IMG/VR virus record: IMGVR_UViG_2651869695_000003
DNA length: 64,000 nt
Strand: one strand, 5' to 3'
DNA from: a virus
Taxonomy: Duplodnaviria > Heunggongvirae > Uroviricota > Caudoviricetes
Under the pieces are notes generated by a model. That model searched no databases. It was not told the DNA's origin and was given only the letters and a program-made list of their open reading frames with translations. The position numbers and the translations under genes were made by a program. Below are positions 31,545 to 42,752 of this stretch, piece after piece (positions within the stretch are counted from its first letter, which is position 1; each line of letters starts with the position of its first letter).

Positions 31545-31814
31545 TCAGGCCTGGAGGAAAAAACCAGCCACAAGCCACGCCGCTGCATTCAGGTCTGCCG
31601 GAGACATCTGGTCGACAGAGCTTTGCGGCACTTTCGCCAGCCGCACAATGTATTTCGACACCACATGCGCCAGAAGTCTGACGGACTCATCCTGATTCAT
31701 CTGGTAGGGATACCCCAGCTCGCGGACATCCTTCCCGGTGGGTTCATCAAACTCCAGTACGGAGAGTGTCTCACCATGAGCGATAATCGGTTTCTTTAAC
31801 TCAAGCTCTTTCAT
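31545..31814 (-). CDS. Tail assembly chaperone, right-arm copy (frameshift extension to 31396)
   Basis: Translation identical to 14902..15171; slippery site mirrored at ~31557..31563. Confidence 0.6.
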   Translation of the reverse strand: MKELELKKPIIAHGETLSVLEFDEPTGKDVRELGYPYQMNQDESVRLLAHVVSKYIVRLAKVPQSSVDQMSPADLNAAAWLVAGFFLQA

Positions 31815-32170
31815 TACTGGTAATCCCCTTCTTCACCGTGGAACTCAAGATCAACCGTGCCTTCTTCGGCATTATGGTTCGCTTCTCCGTGCAGCCAGGC
31901 GGACGACAATACATAGACCTGACCGTTCGCCAGCTCGGCAGTGATGGTCATCTCATCAGACGAGGTGATTTTGCTCACCGGAAAATTCTTCGGCACCTTG
32001 AAGGTCCCTTTGACATAAGGCGCACGGTGAGTTTCCTTGCGGTCCACTGAACCGTCCAGGCCGATGATGTCATCATTGACCGTCCTGTTCATGGGCACCT
32101 CAATGCCGCCGGTCAGCGATAGCTGCTGACCGTCAATTTTGAAATAACAGGTTCCCCCGATACGGGCCAT
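31814..32170 (-). CDS. Tail tube protein, right-arm copy
   Basis: Translation identical to 14546..14902. Confidence 0.65.
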   Translation of the reverse strand: MARIGGTCYFKIDGQQLSLTGGIEVPMNRTVNDDIIGLDGSVDRKETHRAPYVKGTFKVPKNFPVSKITSSDEMTITAELANGQVYVLSSAWLHGEANHNAEEGTVDLEFHGEEGDYQ

Positions 32171-33666
32171 TATGCAGACTCCTCTGAATACTGAAGACGG
32201 AACTGGTTAACCACGGCAAAAACACGCAACTGGTTAACATAGTCAGGCGGGAACAGCGTGTTCAGGCGGTTCGGATCGCTGGCATCACGCTCCACAACCA
32301 GGTACTGCTTAAACAGTTCGTAGTTTTCCACGATCCCCGCACGCTCAAGCTGACGGTAGGTTGCCAGCAGTTCCCCTTTGATTACCGCCGGGGTGACAAT
32401 CGCCTGACCGGGACCAAAGCGGGTACCGTCGCTGGCAAGCTTGTGACGCCCGTACTTACTGGTAATGACGGATTTCAGTTTGCGCAGTACATACGCACTG
32501 GTATGCAGCGTCTCGCTGTCGAGGTAGCTGTTATCCGCAACCCCGTAAGCATTTTTCCTGTACGTGGTGACATCACGCTGAATGCGCAGCACCCCGCTTT
32601 CGACATACGCCGTTGCCACGCCATGAGACAGCAGGGTCTGCTGCTCGGTCATCGTGAACCGTTTCCCCTTCGGCGCAGGCAGCATACCCACCAGCTCACC
32701 GGTCTGCGTGGGACGTGCCGGATCGTTGCGGATAAACACCGCTGCGCGGGCGGTACGGCTTGCCGCCAGCTCGTCGGCAGGCGTCTGGGTGTCTTTTTCG
32801 TACCCCGCTAGGGTAATGTGCTGCTGGTTAAACTGGTCACCTGCGGTCACCAGTTCTGACAGCGTGCCGATCTTTGCCGTATACACATGACCATACAGCT
32901 GACGCGCATAGCTCCAGCGACCGCTGGTATCGTTCATCTCGGTCACCAGCGTGTTAACGGAGGCCGTGTCGTTGAACGGCAGGCCGATATAATCAAACGG
33001 CTCATCCGCCATTGCAGCCACCGCGCCGGTGAGAACAGGAGCGCCCGTTCCGGCGTTCCCCGTCGCCACGGCAATCTGTACGCCCGCTGGCAGCACTTCG
33101 CCCCCACCGAAGCCGTAGTAATTGAGGCTGACAGGAATTTCATTCCCGCAAAGCCCCTTATGACGCGCGGTCAGTGTGACCACGCCAGCCGAAGATGAAG
33201 CTGTAAACGGCAGAGTCGGAACGGCATTGATGGCATCTTTGATACTGCTGGCAATCGTCGTGACGTTATCGCCGTTGGTCACCGGAGCCTGCACGCGGGT
33301 ACGTCCCACATAGACATTCACCGTGCCGCTTTCGGTTGCTTCCCCGGTCACCGTCAGCGTAACCGTTGCCGCCGCGCCTGTGGCTTCCGGAACGGCAATC
33401 ACATACAGCTCACCAAACGGGTCGGTCTGGCGATAAGCCTCGACCATACGCGCCAGCTGACTTCCCGCACCACAAATCTGGCGTGCATAGTCTGCCGACG
33501 GCATCAGCACCAGACTGTTGGCAACAATCTCTGCACCGTTATTGGCATGACCAATCAGCAGCGATGCTCCGTTGTCCTGTGCAGTATTCGCCGCCTGGTT
33601 ATCCATTTCCGCATAAAACAGCGGAACCAGCGTATTCGACGGAATGGTGTTAAAGCTTATCGTCAT
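32170..33666 (-). CDS. Tail sheath protein, right-arm copy
   Basis: Translation identical to 13050..14546. Confidence 0.75.
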   Translation of the reverse strand: MTISFNTIPSNTLVPLFYAEMDNQAANTAQDNGASLLIGHANNGAEIVANSLVLMPSADYARQICGAGSQLARMVEAYRQTDPFGELYVIAVPEATGAAATVTLTVTGEATESGTVNVYVGRTRVQAPVTNGDNVTTIASSIKDAINAVPTLPFTASSSAGVVTLTARHKGLCGNEIPVSLNYYGFGGGEVLPAGVQIAVATGNAGTGAPVLTGAVAAMADEPFDYIGLPFNDTASVNTLVTEMNDTSGRWSYARQLYGHVYTAKIGTLSELVTAGDQFNQQHITLAGYEKDTQTPADELAASRTARAAVFIRNDPARPTQTGELVGMLPAPKGKRFTMTEQQTLLSHGVATAYVESGVLRIQRDVTTYRKNAYGVADNSYLDSETLHTSAYVLRKLKSVITSKYGRHKLASDGTRFGPGQAIVTPAVIKGELLATYRQLERAGIVENYELFKQYLVVERDASDPNRLNTLFPPDYVNQLRVFAVVNQFRLQYSEESA

Positions 33667-33828
33667 CGGTGTTCACCTTTTTATTCACGCGCCGGATATC
33701 ACCCGCTGCTTCACGGCGCAGCCAGTAGTTGTTCTCGTCAACATTTCGCCCTTCGGCGGGCAAAAGGTCACCGCGGGCAGGGTCAGGCACTGACCGCCCT
33801 TTAACAGGTTTCACAAACATGAAGATTC

Positions 33829-34389
33829 TCAGGAAGGAAGGGTTATTTCGGTGTGATGTTCGATATCGCCGTCAGGCCCGTTACCGGGATCGAGATAATC
33901 AACATCAATCGCCAGCGTTCGCAGTTCATCCAGACTGTTCAGGTCATCCTGCTGGCGGGTATCGTCTTCGGTCAGCTCGCTGATGATCGAAAAATCGAAC
34001 TGATAAATCAGCTCATGACGATTCAGATCCAGCAGCGTGCCGCCGTCATAGTTAATCGGGTTACCGCACGCTTCCGGGTTCCAGCCCAGCAGGGCCTTAA
34101 AGAGCATCTGCCGGACATCGTCCACCACATCATACGAAGCAAACTGACCGCGCTCATCACGCCCGTTACTCAGTATGACAACCACGGAGAAGCCCTCTTT
34201 CAGCTCCTGCCAGTAGTCGGTCTGGCTTTTGTTTTCTCCCGGAGAATCATCACCCGGTACAACATATGCCGCCGGGAGTTTCAGCTTTCCGACCTCCGGC
34301 AGATTTTTGAACTGGGCCGCGCCTGCAACCCGGTTTTCAAAATATGGACAGCGGGCACGCAGTGCAGCAATAACAGGCGTCAGTTTCAT
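33829..34389 (-). CDS. Tail protein (Mu gp37-like), right-arm copy
   Basis: Translation identical to 12327..12887. Confidence 0.4.
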   Translation of the reverse strand: MKLTPVIAALRARCPYFENRVAGAAQFKNLPEVGKLKLPAAYVVPGDDSPGENKSQTDYWQELKEGFSVVVILSNGRDERGQFASYDVVDDVRQMLFKALLGWNPEACGNPINYDGGTLLDLNRHELIYQFDFSIISELTEDDTRQQDDLNSLDELRTLAIDVDYLDPGNGPDGDIEHHTEITLPS

Positions 34390-34892
34390 CTGTGTCGTCG
34401 CTCCGGCTTCAGTGATTTACGCAATTCCCGCGCCAGAAAATAGCGTGTCCAGCTGCGGTTCTTTTCAAGCGTTTCCACCATGAAGTTATTACGTGGAGCC
34501 AGTCGCCAGCCGCTGCCACCGGATGCACCACGATGATGGCTGCGACGACGCTTTGCCCCTCGCCTCACGCCATAGAACAAAAAAGCCGGATAAAAATCAC
34601 CGGTGATACGGCGGTTTCCCTCTCCATTACGCTGGTTAGGGGCTATACGTGCCATAAAACCAGGGCGATGTTTACTGGCTCTGGGTACCATGTAACCAAT
34701 CGAACGAGCCAGGCGTCCGGTCTGATAACCGGGGTTTTCACCCGGTGCCGACCGCGCACGGCGCATCACCAGCCGACGGGCATCACGCATATGACGCTGA
34801 CCAATCGTGACAAACGCCCGCCGGACACGGGCGCGGTTAAAGCGCATCTCCGCGGGCTGCTGAAAATCAACGTGCAAAAAGGAAGTCGTCAT
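34386..34892 (-). CDS. HK97 gp10-like protein, right-arm copy
   Basis: Translation identical to 11824..12330. Confidence 0.5.
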   Translation of the reverse strand: MTTSFLHVDFQQPAEMRFNRARVRRAFVTIGQRHMRDARRLVMRRARSAPGENPGYQTGRLARSIGYMVPRASKHRPGFMARIAPNQRNGEGNRRITGDFYPAFLFYGVRRGAKRRRSHHRGASGGSGWRLAPRNNFMVETLEKNRSWTRYFLARELRKSLKPERRHR

Positions 34893-35277
34893 TGTTGCCT
34901 CCGTGACTCTGCCCACATTCGCCCAGCTCCGTACACTCCAGCAGCAGAAAGCGCCGCGCCCCGTTCAGATCGCGCTGACGTTTCACCCGGTACACACTGT
35001 CACCGCAGACCACCTCATAATCAGCGGTGATCCCCCGGCGGTAACGAATGGTGATGTAATGGGTGATGGCGTCCCCGGTCTGCGCGGTTTCCTGCCAGGT
35101 GGTGGCACTGGTCTGGATAACCTTCGCCCATGTCCGGAACGTAACCGGGTATTGAGGCTCCACGCCAAAGTTATCCGCGGGCATATCCACCCGCTGGCGG
35201 ATCAGGACGCGTTTATTCAGTTCACCGGGGTCCGGCAGAATGTAGGTTGCGCTGGTCTGCGCCTGACGAATTTTCAT
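34867..35277 (-). CDS. Head closure protein, right-arm copy
   Basis: Translation identical to 11439..11849. Confidence 0.5.
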   Translation of the reverse strand: MKIRQAQTSATYILPDPGELNKRVLIRQRVDMPADNFGVEPQYPVTFRTWAKVIQTSATTWQETAQTGDAITHYITIRYRRGITADYEVVCGDSVYRVKRQRDLNGARRFLLLECTELGECGQSHGGNNDDFLFAR

Positions 35278-35597
35278 TGCGGAAAGTACCTGTACGGGCC
35301 GACAAGCCAGCCAAAACTCTGCGGCATGTCGAGTTTCTCCACTTCCGTAACCGACGAGCGGTTTTCGTAAAAATGGCTGATAAGCATCAGCATCCCCAGA
35401 CGAATATCATCCGGCAGGTGCAGCCCGTCCGGATCGCTGTCCGGAATGGTTTCATCCGGTGCATAGAGCTTCCGGTTCAGATACGTTTCCGTCCGCTTTT
35501 GTGCCGCACAGGCCAGCAGTTGCAGATGGCGGTCATCAGCATCGAAATCCTCATCCAGCCGGAGTTGGGCTTTAATCTCTTCCATTGTCAGAAGCAT
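35274..35597 (-). CDS. Head-tail connector (gp6-like), right-arm copy
   Basis: Translation identical to 11119..11442. Confidence 0.55.
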   Translation of the reverse strand: MLLTMEEIKAQLRLDEDFDADDRHLQLLACAAQKRTETYLNRKLYAPDETIPDSDPDGLHLPDDIRLGMLMLISHFYENRSSVTEVEKLDMPQSFGWLVGPYRYFPQ

Positions 35598-35599
35598 AC

Positions 35600-35800
35600 T
35601 CAGCCCTCTTTACTGGTCGTGGCTTTTTTCTCTTTTGCCGCTTTACTGCTTTTTGCACTGATTCCGCGCTCTGCTAACCCGGCCTGAAGTGCAATCTCCT
35701 GCACCCGGGCAGGAAGCGCCCCGTCGTCATACTCACCGGCCCGAATGACCTCAACACGCATACCGTCCGGTGACCATTTCAGATCTTGTTTCAGGATCAT
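35600..35800 (-). CDS. Hypothetical small protein, right-arm copy
   Basis: Translation identical to 10916..11116. Confidence 0.35.
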   Translation of the reverse strand: MILKQDLKWSPDGMRVEVIRAGEYDDGALPARVQEIALQAGLAERGISAKSSKAAKEKKATTSKEG

Positions 35801-35849
35801 GATTCTTCACCCGTCAGAACAGGGGGCGCGGTTCCGCGCCCCTGAGTGA

Positions 35850-37055
35850 TTACGCCGCTGCAATCTTCAGCAGTTTGATGGCCTGCGAATCGACCAGCAT
35901 CCCGCCGGTGCGCTTGGTGGTATAAAAACCGACAAACGGTTTATTGGTGTACGGGTCACGCAGAATGCGGGTGCCGATACGGTCAACGATGGTGTAACCC
36001 CGTTTGAAGTTACCAAATGCAATGGCTTTCGCATCAGCGGCGATATCCGGCATCTGTTCGTTTTCAGCGATACCGTAACCCGCCAGAGAGGACGGCTGCC
36101 CCAGTTCCAGCCCCGGACGCCACAGATAGTTACCCTCGGTGTCTTTCAGCAGACGGATGGCAAACAGGCTGTTGTTGTTCATCATGAACTTCGCGCCAGT
36201 GCGGTGTGCCTTACGCAGCGTGTAAATCAGTTTGATAATGGCGTCTGCGGTCACCGCGGTCGCTTCGCCGGATACAATATGCTGAAGTTTGCCGAACGCC
36301 CGGATCTTATCGGTTTCATCAGTAGATTCATACGCCAGGAACCCTTTTGGCTTCTTGGTACCATCGCCGGTGGTAAAGGCAATTTCTTCCTGTTCGGCAA
36401 ATTCGGTCGCCAGCTCGCTGTTGATCCAGGCCTCCACGTTGAAGAAGGCATCGTCCAGCATTTTCTGGGTAGCCTGCGGGTTGCCGTAGATTTCCCCCAT
36501 GAGAGGTTCAATCAGCTCCAGTCTGGAGGTGGCAGTCTGGGATCGCGTATCCGTTTCCCCCACCCATCCGGAAGCCGTACCGCCCAGATTCACCAGTTTT
36601 TTGTAGTCGGAACCGCCAACGGTGATCACCGTGGCTTCCTGACGCATCACCACTTCATCTTTCAGCAGGTTAAGAATGTTGCGATCCAGTTCTTCCGGCA
36701 CGGCGTAGCCACCGTCTTCATCGGTGCCCACCTGCAATGCCTTACGCTCCAGATCGCGCAGACCGTCTTCACGGCCTTTACGCAGGAAGCCCACAAACGC
36801 CTCTTTATGCTCGGTGGCCAGTTTATTTTGCGATCCACCTGCCGGACGTTTCAGCTCAAGCAGCTCTTTTTCAAGGTCGCTTTTGAGATTTTCCAGCTCG
36901 CTGAGTTTCCCGTTCAGGGTTTCCACCTGTCCGGCAAGCTTGCCTTTTTCCTGCTCAATCGCATCCACGCGCTTGTCGTTCTTTGCTTTGAAGTCGTCAA
37001 ACTTCTGCTGCAGCTCCTGCGCGACCTGTTCGACATCTTTAATATCTACCGCCAT
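35850..37055 (-). CDS. Major capsid protein, right-arm copy
   Basis: Translation identical to 9661..10866. Confidence 0.85.
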   Translation of the reverse strand: MAVDIKDVEQVAQELQQKFDDFKAKNDKRVDAIEQEKGKLAGQVETLNGKLSELENLKSDLEKELLELKRPAGGSQNKLATEHKEAFVGFLRKGREDGLRDLERKALQVGTDEDGGYAVPEELDRNILNLLKDEVVMRQEATVITVGGSDYKKLVNLGGTASGWVGETDTRSQTATSRLELIEPLMGEIYGNPQATQKMLDDAFFNVEAWINSELATEFAEQEEIAFTTGDGTKKPKGFLAYESTDETDKIRAFGKLQHIVSGEATAVTADAIIKLIYTLRKAHRTGAKFMMNNNSLFAIRLLKDTEGNYLWRPGLELGQPSSLAGYGIAENEQMPDIAADAKAIAFGNFKRGYTIVDRIGTRILRDPYTNKPFVGFYTTKRTGGMLVDSQAIKLLKIAAA

Positions 37056-37069
37056 CGTATTTCTCCTGA

Positions 37070-37720
37070 TTAGAAGTTCAGATTTTTCAGTGCATTCAGT
37101 GCAGAGCTCACATCCTCAGCGTCGCGCAGGGACAGTGCGCTATAGCCCCCGGCCATGAATGCTTTGGCCTGGGTACGGGAGAGTCCGACATCACGCAGGA
37201 CTCTTTCGATTTTTTTCTGTTCGGGGATTTCCCCGCGAGCCAGCGCGTTCTTGACGTCGCTGATCCGTGCCTCGTCGTTAGACGGGAACGTCACCAGACT
37301 GACTTCCCAGAGGTCGATTTCTTTCAGCAGAAAGGCTTCTTTCGTCCGGTCGTATTCCCAGTCCTTCAGGACGTACCCAATAGAAAGGCCGGTTAACGAA
37401 CCGGCCTTCATGTGTGCATGTGCGCGTTTTGCCAGGGGATCATCATCAATGAGCAATCGCCCCCTGACGTAAAGCCCGACATCGTCTTCCTTCATTTCGG
37501 TGTAAACACCGATGGGCTCATCCATGCGGTGCTGCCAGAGCAGCGCAGGTAACGCTTTTCTGTCACTCCACGCCCGCAGGGAAGCAGCAAATGCCCCGGA
37601 CATCACCACATCATCGTGGCTGTCCTTTACACCAAAGACGGAGCCATACCCTTCAAACTCACCGGAGTCACTGACAGATTTCAGACTCAGCGGTACATCA
37701 AGACGTTGTTTCGTCTGCAT
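37070..37720 (-). CDS. Prohead protease, right-arm copy
   Basis: Translation identical to 8996..9646. Confidence 0.75.
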   Translation of the reverse strand: MQTKQRLDVPLSLKSVSDSGEFEGYGSVFGVKDSHDDVVMSGAFAASLRAWSDRKALPALLWQHRMDEPIGVYTEMKEDDVGLYVRGRLLIDDDPLAKRAHAHMKAGSLTGLSIGYVLKDWEYDRTKEAFLLKEIDLWEVSLVTFPSNDEARISDVKNALARGEIPEQKKIERVLRDVGLSRTQAKAFMAGGYSALSLRDAEDVSSALNALKNLNF

Positions 37721-38939
37721 TGGCGTTATCCTTCTGCTTACCGGCTTTACTGCCATCGGAGGGTTTCGTGGTCATATTCATCGGCGTGAGATAGACATCC
37801 CCACCGGGACGCGGATTCATATCTTCCAGGTCGCGGCAGTCATTGGGAGAGTAAATTCCCCAGTTGATACCGGTGGCGTAGGCTTCAAAACGGGACTTCA
37901 TATCCCCGCGCAGTAACGCCCCGGCGTTAAATTTGGCGTAATAAACGCCCTGCTTACTTTTTCGTACCAGTCCGGTGTTGATCCGCTGCTCAATGCGGGT
38001 CAGATACGGCACCAGTGAATAGTTGATAAATCCCAGCCCCAGCTCTTCGATATTGTTGAAGGTGGCGCGATCGGTGTTCTGCACCATGTGCAATGGCACC
38101 CGGAACAGACGACAGATTTCTTCAAGCTGAAACTTGCGGGTTTCCAGGAACTGGCTGTCCTCGGCGTTCAGCGCCATCGACTTCCAGTCCAGCCCCATCT
38201 CAAGGATCATCGGGCGGTGAGCATTGCCAAGCCCGGTGTGACGCTCCTCAAAATCTTTCTTCAGGCGCTCATAAGCCTGATCCGACAGCGTCTGCTCTGT
38301 ACGCAACACACCGGACGTCACCGCACCATTGCTGAACAGTCTGGCCCCGTGCTCTTCGGTCGCAGCTGCCAGCGATATTGCCTCGCGGGCATAGGCGATG
38401 GGATTCAGTCCCACCAGACCGTCCAGCGTCAGCGTGCGCACATGCCAGATATCTTCCTGGCTCAGTACATCCGTGGAGCCGTCCGGGAATGTGACCTGAT
38501 AGACCGGCTCCCAGCTACTGTTAAGCTTCGGTACCACACAGCCGGGATCGACGGGCAGCAGTTCAGCCACTTCGCCAAATCCTTTCACTTTGTAGGCGTA
38601 AAAGTTTCCCCGCAAGCACAGACAGGTGACCACCAGCTCCCAGAACTCCTGCGGCGTCATATAGCCATTGGGATGCGTGGAGATCAGCTTATGCAGACGC
38701 TCGCCGGTGGCTCTCTTTTTCAGGCTGCCGTTCAGGTGATACAGATTGCAGGGCAACATCCCGACCGACTCTGCCAGCACCCTGACGCAGGAAAAAACCG
38801 CCGTCAGTCGCATGGCCCGCTGGCTGCTGATCTGCTTTCCGATATAGGTGTCGTAGGACAACCCGATAGCATCCGCCAGCTCTGCTGGCGTGGTCACTGG
38901 TGCGTCACTTTTTCGTTGAAATAATCCCGAAAAGAACAC
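37698..38939 (-). CDS. Portal protein, right-arm copy
   Basis: Translation identical to 7777..9018. Confidence 0.85.
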   Translation of the reverse strand: MFFSGLFQRKSDAPVTTPAELADAIGLSYDTYIGKQISSQRAMRLTAVFSCVRVLAESVGMLPCNLYHLNGSLKKRATGERLHKLISTHPNGYMTPQEFWELVVTCLCLRGNFYAYKVKGFGEVAELLPVDPGCVVPKLNSSWEPVYQVTFPDGSTDVLSQEDIWHVRTLTLDGLVGLNPIAYAREAISLAAATEEHGARLFSNGAVTSGVLRTEQTLSDQAYERLKKDFEERHTGLGNAHRPMILEMGLDWKSMALNAEDSQFLETRKFQLEEICRLFRVPLHMVQNTDRATFNNIEELGLGFINYSLVPYLTRIEQRINTGLVRKSKQGVYYAKFNAGALLRGDMKSRFEAYATGINWGIYSPNDCRDLEDMNPRPGGDVYLTPMNMTTKPSDGSKAGKQKDNANADETTS

Positions 38940-39121
38940 TATTTACCTCCGCCGACAGACGACTGTGTACGGTCGAGATATCGCGCCACCAGCCACGACC
39001 AGAACAGACACAACGCCCCGGCAACAACAAACCCCGCCGGGGGATAAATCAGCCAGGCACCATACGCCAGCAAAAGCGCCCCCAGCACGCCCACCAGAGG
39101 CGCGAGAATCAGCATGATCAT
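38939..39121 (-). CDS. Small hydrophobic protein, right-arm copy
   Basis: Translation identical to 7595..7777. Confidence 0.4.
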
Positions 39122-39132
39122 AATTACCTCAG

Positions 39133-40866
39133 TTAAAGCGAGCGGATCCCATAGGACTCAATGTGGTCAGACAGCGTGTCTTCTTTCTCGTACAGCATGG
39201 CTCTGCCAACCGCCATAATCAGCGCAACTGCACCATCGATTTTGTTTTCCGCCTGCTCTTTGACGGGCTTCACCACATCATCGTTACCCGGAATGGTTTT
39301 GCCGACCACGTTGCCGATACACCAGGTCATGATGGGATTGCCATCATGATGAAAGCGCCCCGATTCAATTGCCGCTTCCAGCTCTTTCATCGGATCGGAC
39401 ATGTTGGTGTAGTTCTGAATGATAGTGATGGGGTTCAGGTCTTCATCAGCAAGGTCATGTGACAGCCCGGTCGCCCCGAAGGGGTCGATGGGTGACTCAC
39501 TGACCGGGCTGATTTTGTTCGCCGCTTTGGCCTCCTCGAGGATGTAGCGATAATCCACTTCCGCACCATCGGTAACGGTCAGAACGCCCATTTCCACCCA
39601 TTTCTGAAAGCGTTCGGCTGTCCGTCGATCTTCATTTTTCTCGACGCTGTACACCGTGTCATACGGTACCCAGAAACGCGGGGCCACACTGTAGTAATGC
39701 GTTTTACCGTCAATCTCGCGGGTATAAAGTCGCGCCATGCTGTTCATATCCAGTTTACGCGCCAAGTCAAAGGCCAGAATGCACGGCTGCCCCTCGAACT
39801 GCTCAAGGGTCAGTGATTTATCCTCGCAGCTCTGCCAGCTCACCAGGTTGAAATACGCCGAACGCGCCGACACCCAGATATTGAGGTGTTTTGTTTTAAA
39901 GACGTTTGCCAGACGGGCGTTATTTTTCGCACGCTGTTGCTGACTTAACAAAAATTCGCGATAAACCGACACGCCAATATTTGGATTGGCTTTTTCCAGC
40001 ACCTGCGGGTCGGTCCAGTCGTCACCTTCATCAACGGTATAGATGATCCCGAACAGTTCATCGTTAGGCACCGACCCGTTGAGCATCTCGATAACTTCCC
40101 GCCGCTTGTCGTAGCACGGCCCCTCAATGTTGTACCCGGCAGTAGTAATGGCCCACATCAGTGGCTGACGTCGCGCCCCCATCCCGGTAAGCATCGTGGT
40201 GTAAAGCGCATCGGTGGCGTGCTCGTGATATTCATCCACCACCGCACAGTGGGGTGATGAACCATCACCGGGGTTACCGATCAGCGGTTCAAACCGCGCG
40301 CCATCCTCCGGACGGTTCATGTTTGAGGCGTTAACCTCAATCCCGAACGCTTCCGTCAGCATTGGTGTGCGTTTACACATCAGTCGCGCCGGGCGAAAGA
40401 CTTCCCATGCCTGTTTCTCCGTCGTGGCACCGGAATACACTTCCGCGCCGAACTCGTTATCACAGGCAAAACAATACAGAGCGACACCGGCAGAGATTGC
40501 CGATTTGCCGTTCTTACGGGGGATTTCGGTATACACCTCCCTGAAGCGGCGCAGCCGGGAGCCTTTATTGACCCAGCCAAACGCGCAGCAGATCACAAAG
40601 AGCTGCCACGGCTCCAGCGTGATGGGCATCCTCTTGAATGCCCACTCACCCTTGGTGTGCGGCAACAGCTGAATAAATTTGGCGGCCCGTTCAGCCAGGT
40701 CCTTGTCGAAGCGGTAACGAAACGACTTACTTTTTTCCGCCATCAGGTCATCAAGATGGCGCTGGCAGGCCTGAATCACAAACTGGCAGGCCACAATCTT
40801 TCCGCGCACGACATCCCGGGCATACTGATTGGCAGCATTTACGTTGGGGTAAGATTTCCGGCTCAT
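39133..40866 (-). CDS. Terminase large subunit, right-arm copy
   Basis: Translation identical to 5850..7583. Confidence 0.9.
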
Positions 40867-41357
40867 GATTCGATGATTTTCAGAAACGGGTTAGTGGCTT
40901 TCTTCTTCCCCGCCAGGCCAATCAGACGCTGGCGGCTGCTGGGGTCGAGTCCGAGCATTGCCCCCGTACTGCTCATCTCGGACTCCTGTTCTTTTTTGGC
41001 GGTCAGCTCCGGATTTTTGACCATACCGCCCATTGCACCGGTGATGGTGTTGCCCTGTCTGGCAATATTTTTCACGGCACGTCGCCAGAACTCGTAGGCC
41101 ACGCACCACCGCTCAAGCACCGCGAGGTCAGTCACGCACAGCAGGCCCTGACCGCAGAGTTCTTTGGTTGTCAGTTGCCACATGATCGTGGCGAGAGGGA
41201 GATCTTCTTCAGCGAACCACTCCGGTGGCTCAACACCTTTGATGGGCGTAAAAACAGGTTCATCTTTGTTCAGGGCTCGCTTGCCGGGATTTCCGGCCAG
41301 CGCCTTGCGCGCCGTTGGCTTGGGGCGACGCCCGGAACGCCCCGTCGTTCCAGCCAT
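40863..41357 (-). CDS. Terminase small subunit, right-arm copy
   Basis: Translation identical to 5359..5853. Confidence 0.7.
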   Translation of the reverse strand: MAGTTGRSGRRPKPTARKALAGNPGKRALNKDEPVFTPIKGVEPPEWFAEEDLPLATIMWQLTTKELCGQGLLCVTDLAVLERWCVAYEFWRRAVKNIARQGNTITGAMGGMVKNPELTAKKEQESEMSSTGAMLGLDPSSRQRLIGLAGKKKATNPFLKIIES

Positions 41358-41482
41358 ATGCGGCACTCCTGGTTAAATTTCATTTTTCGCGGGTATAAAA
41401 AAACGATGGGGCGGGCAGTCCGGAAGACGTCAGGTCACAGGGATGTGACCCGCCCCTCCCCTCAGACAGTTGAGAGTTATTA

Positions 41483-41833
41483 TCACTTTAACCGTTCACG
41501 GGCCGTCTTCGCCTTATGACACGGCCAACACAGACTCTGCAGATTACAGTCGGCATCAGTGCCGCCATGCGCTTTAGGGATGATGTGGTCAACGGTTTTC
41601 GCCTCACGCACCACACCGGCACGCAGACATAACTGACATAAACCTTTGTCACGCTTCAGCACACGCGCGCGGATAGCGTCCCACTTCGAACCATAACCGC
41701 GCTGATGACGGGACTGACCTGGCTTGTATTGCTTCCAGCCTTCGCTTTTGTGGCTTTCGCAGTAGCCTGACGGGTCTGTGGTTGTAGAGCGGCAGCCGCG
41801 AACACGGCAGGCTTTTGGGGTTCGTGGTGGCAT
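41483..41833 (-). CDS. HNH endonuclease, right-arm copy
   Basis: Translation identical to 4883..5233. Confidence 0.8.
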   Translation of the reverse strand: MPPRTPKACRVRGCRSTTTDPSGYCESHKSEGWKQYKPGQSRHQRGYGSKWDAIRARVLKRDKGLCQLCLRAGVVREAKTVDHIIPKAHGGTDADCNLQSLCWPCHKAKTARERLK

Positions 41834-41912
41834 TGGTAAGCTCCAATAAAAAAGCCACCATCGATTGCTAGTGGCTTAGCATCTACTAATGTTACTAATG
41901 TGAAGAGTAGGT

Positions 41913-42671
41913 TTATTTTTTCTTCTTATTTAACTTATCTAAATTGACGGGATCTTTCCCTGTGGCAGCTAAACACCAAAAAGAATAACTCTTTTGCATG
42001 ACATAGGTTCTAATTCTCTCTAATGTTTCATTATATTTTTTCTCAACAACCTGTATCGCATGTTCAAATAAATTAATCATATCAACATGCTCGTCCTCGA
42101 CACCAATCATGCTCAGTTGTTTTCTATCTGTCACTGCTTGATAAAATGTTTTCCCATTTTTCCTTATTAGTAACAATGAAGTTTCTGCTGACTCATAGTC
42201 TTGGTTGCCGCTATGTGCTGCAAAATTATGCCTGTAGTTAATAATACAGTCATGCAACCCAAAATATTCAGAATCAAGCCAATCACGCTCCATCTTTAAC
42301 TTTCTCCCTTTAGCTTCAGAGAAAGCTTTACCATAAAACGTTAGGCTTGCCACAAATAACGCTCTAATTTCACTTGATAAATCTAGATCAAGTATATTCC
42401 CGTATAACTTGCCATCTGTCCTTAATTCGTTTCTCCCTGCCAGTTCATTAGCTATTTGGTACCACTCTTTAGCACTTTTTAAGTCCCTATGAATTAGGGA
42501 CAGTGAAGATGCTCTATCGGCAATACGCCCACTCAATTTTATGCGATCTACAATTTCATTATTGAATGTATAAACCGCTTTAAATTCCCCCGTTTCGGAA
42601 TCAATATAATATTCAACATCTAACCCTTCATATGATTCACACCCGGGACCTTCTAATTTTTTTCTTTTCAT
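41913..42671 (-). CDS. Hypothetical AT-rich moron protein, right-arm copy
   Basis: Translation identical to 4045..4803. Confidence 0.5.
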   Translation of the reverse strand: MKRKKLEGPGCESYEGLDVEYYIDSETGEFKAVYTFNNEIVDRIKLSGRIADRASSLSLIHRDLKSAKEWYQIANELAGRNELRTDGKLYGNILDLDLSSEIRALFVASLTFYGKAFSEAKGRKLKMERDWLDSEYFGLHDCIINYRHNFAAHSGNQDYESAETSLLLIRKNGKTFYQAVTDRKQLSMIGVEDEHVDMINLFEHAIQVVEKKYNETLERIRTYVMQKSYSFWCLAATGKDPVNLDKLNKKKK

Positions 42672-42752
42672 ATAGAATATCCATATACGTTTCAATTCTC
42701 AGTCAGCATAGTAGAAAAAAAAGATGTCCAGATCCATACATCGAAAGCAATT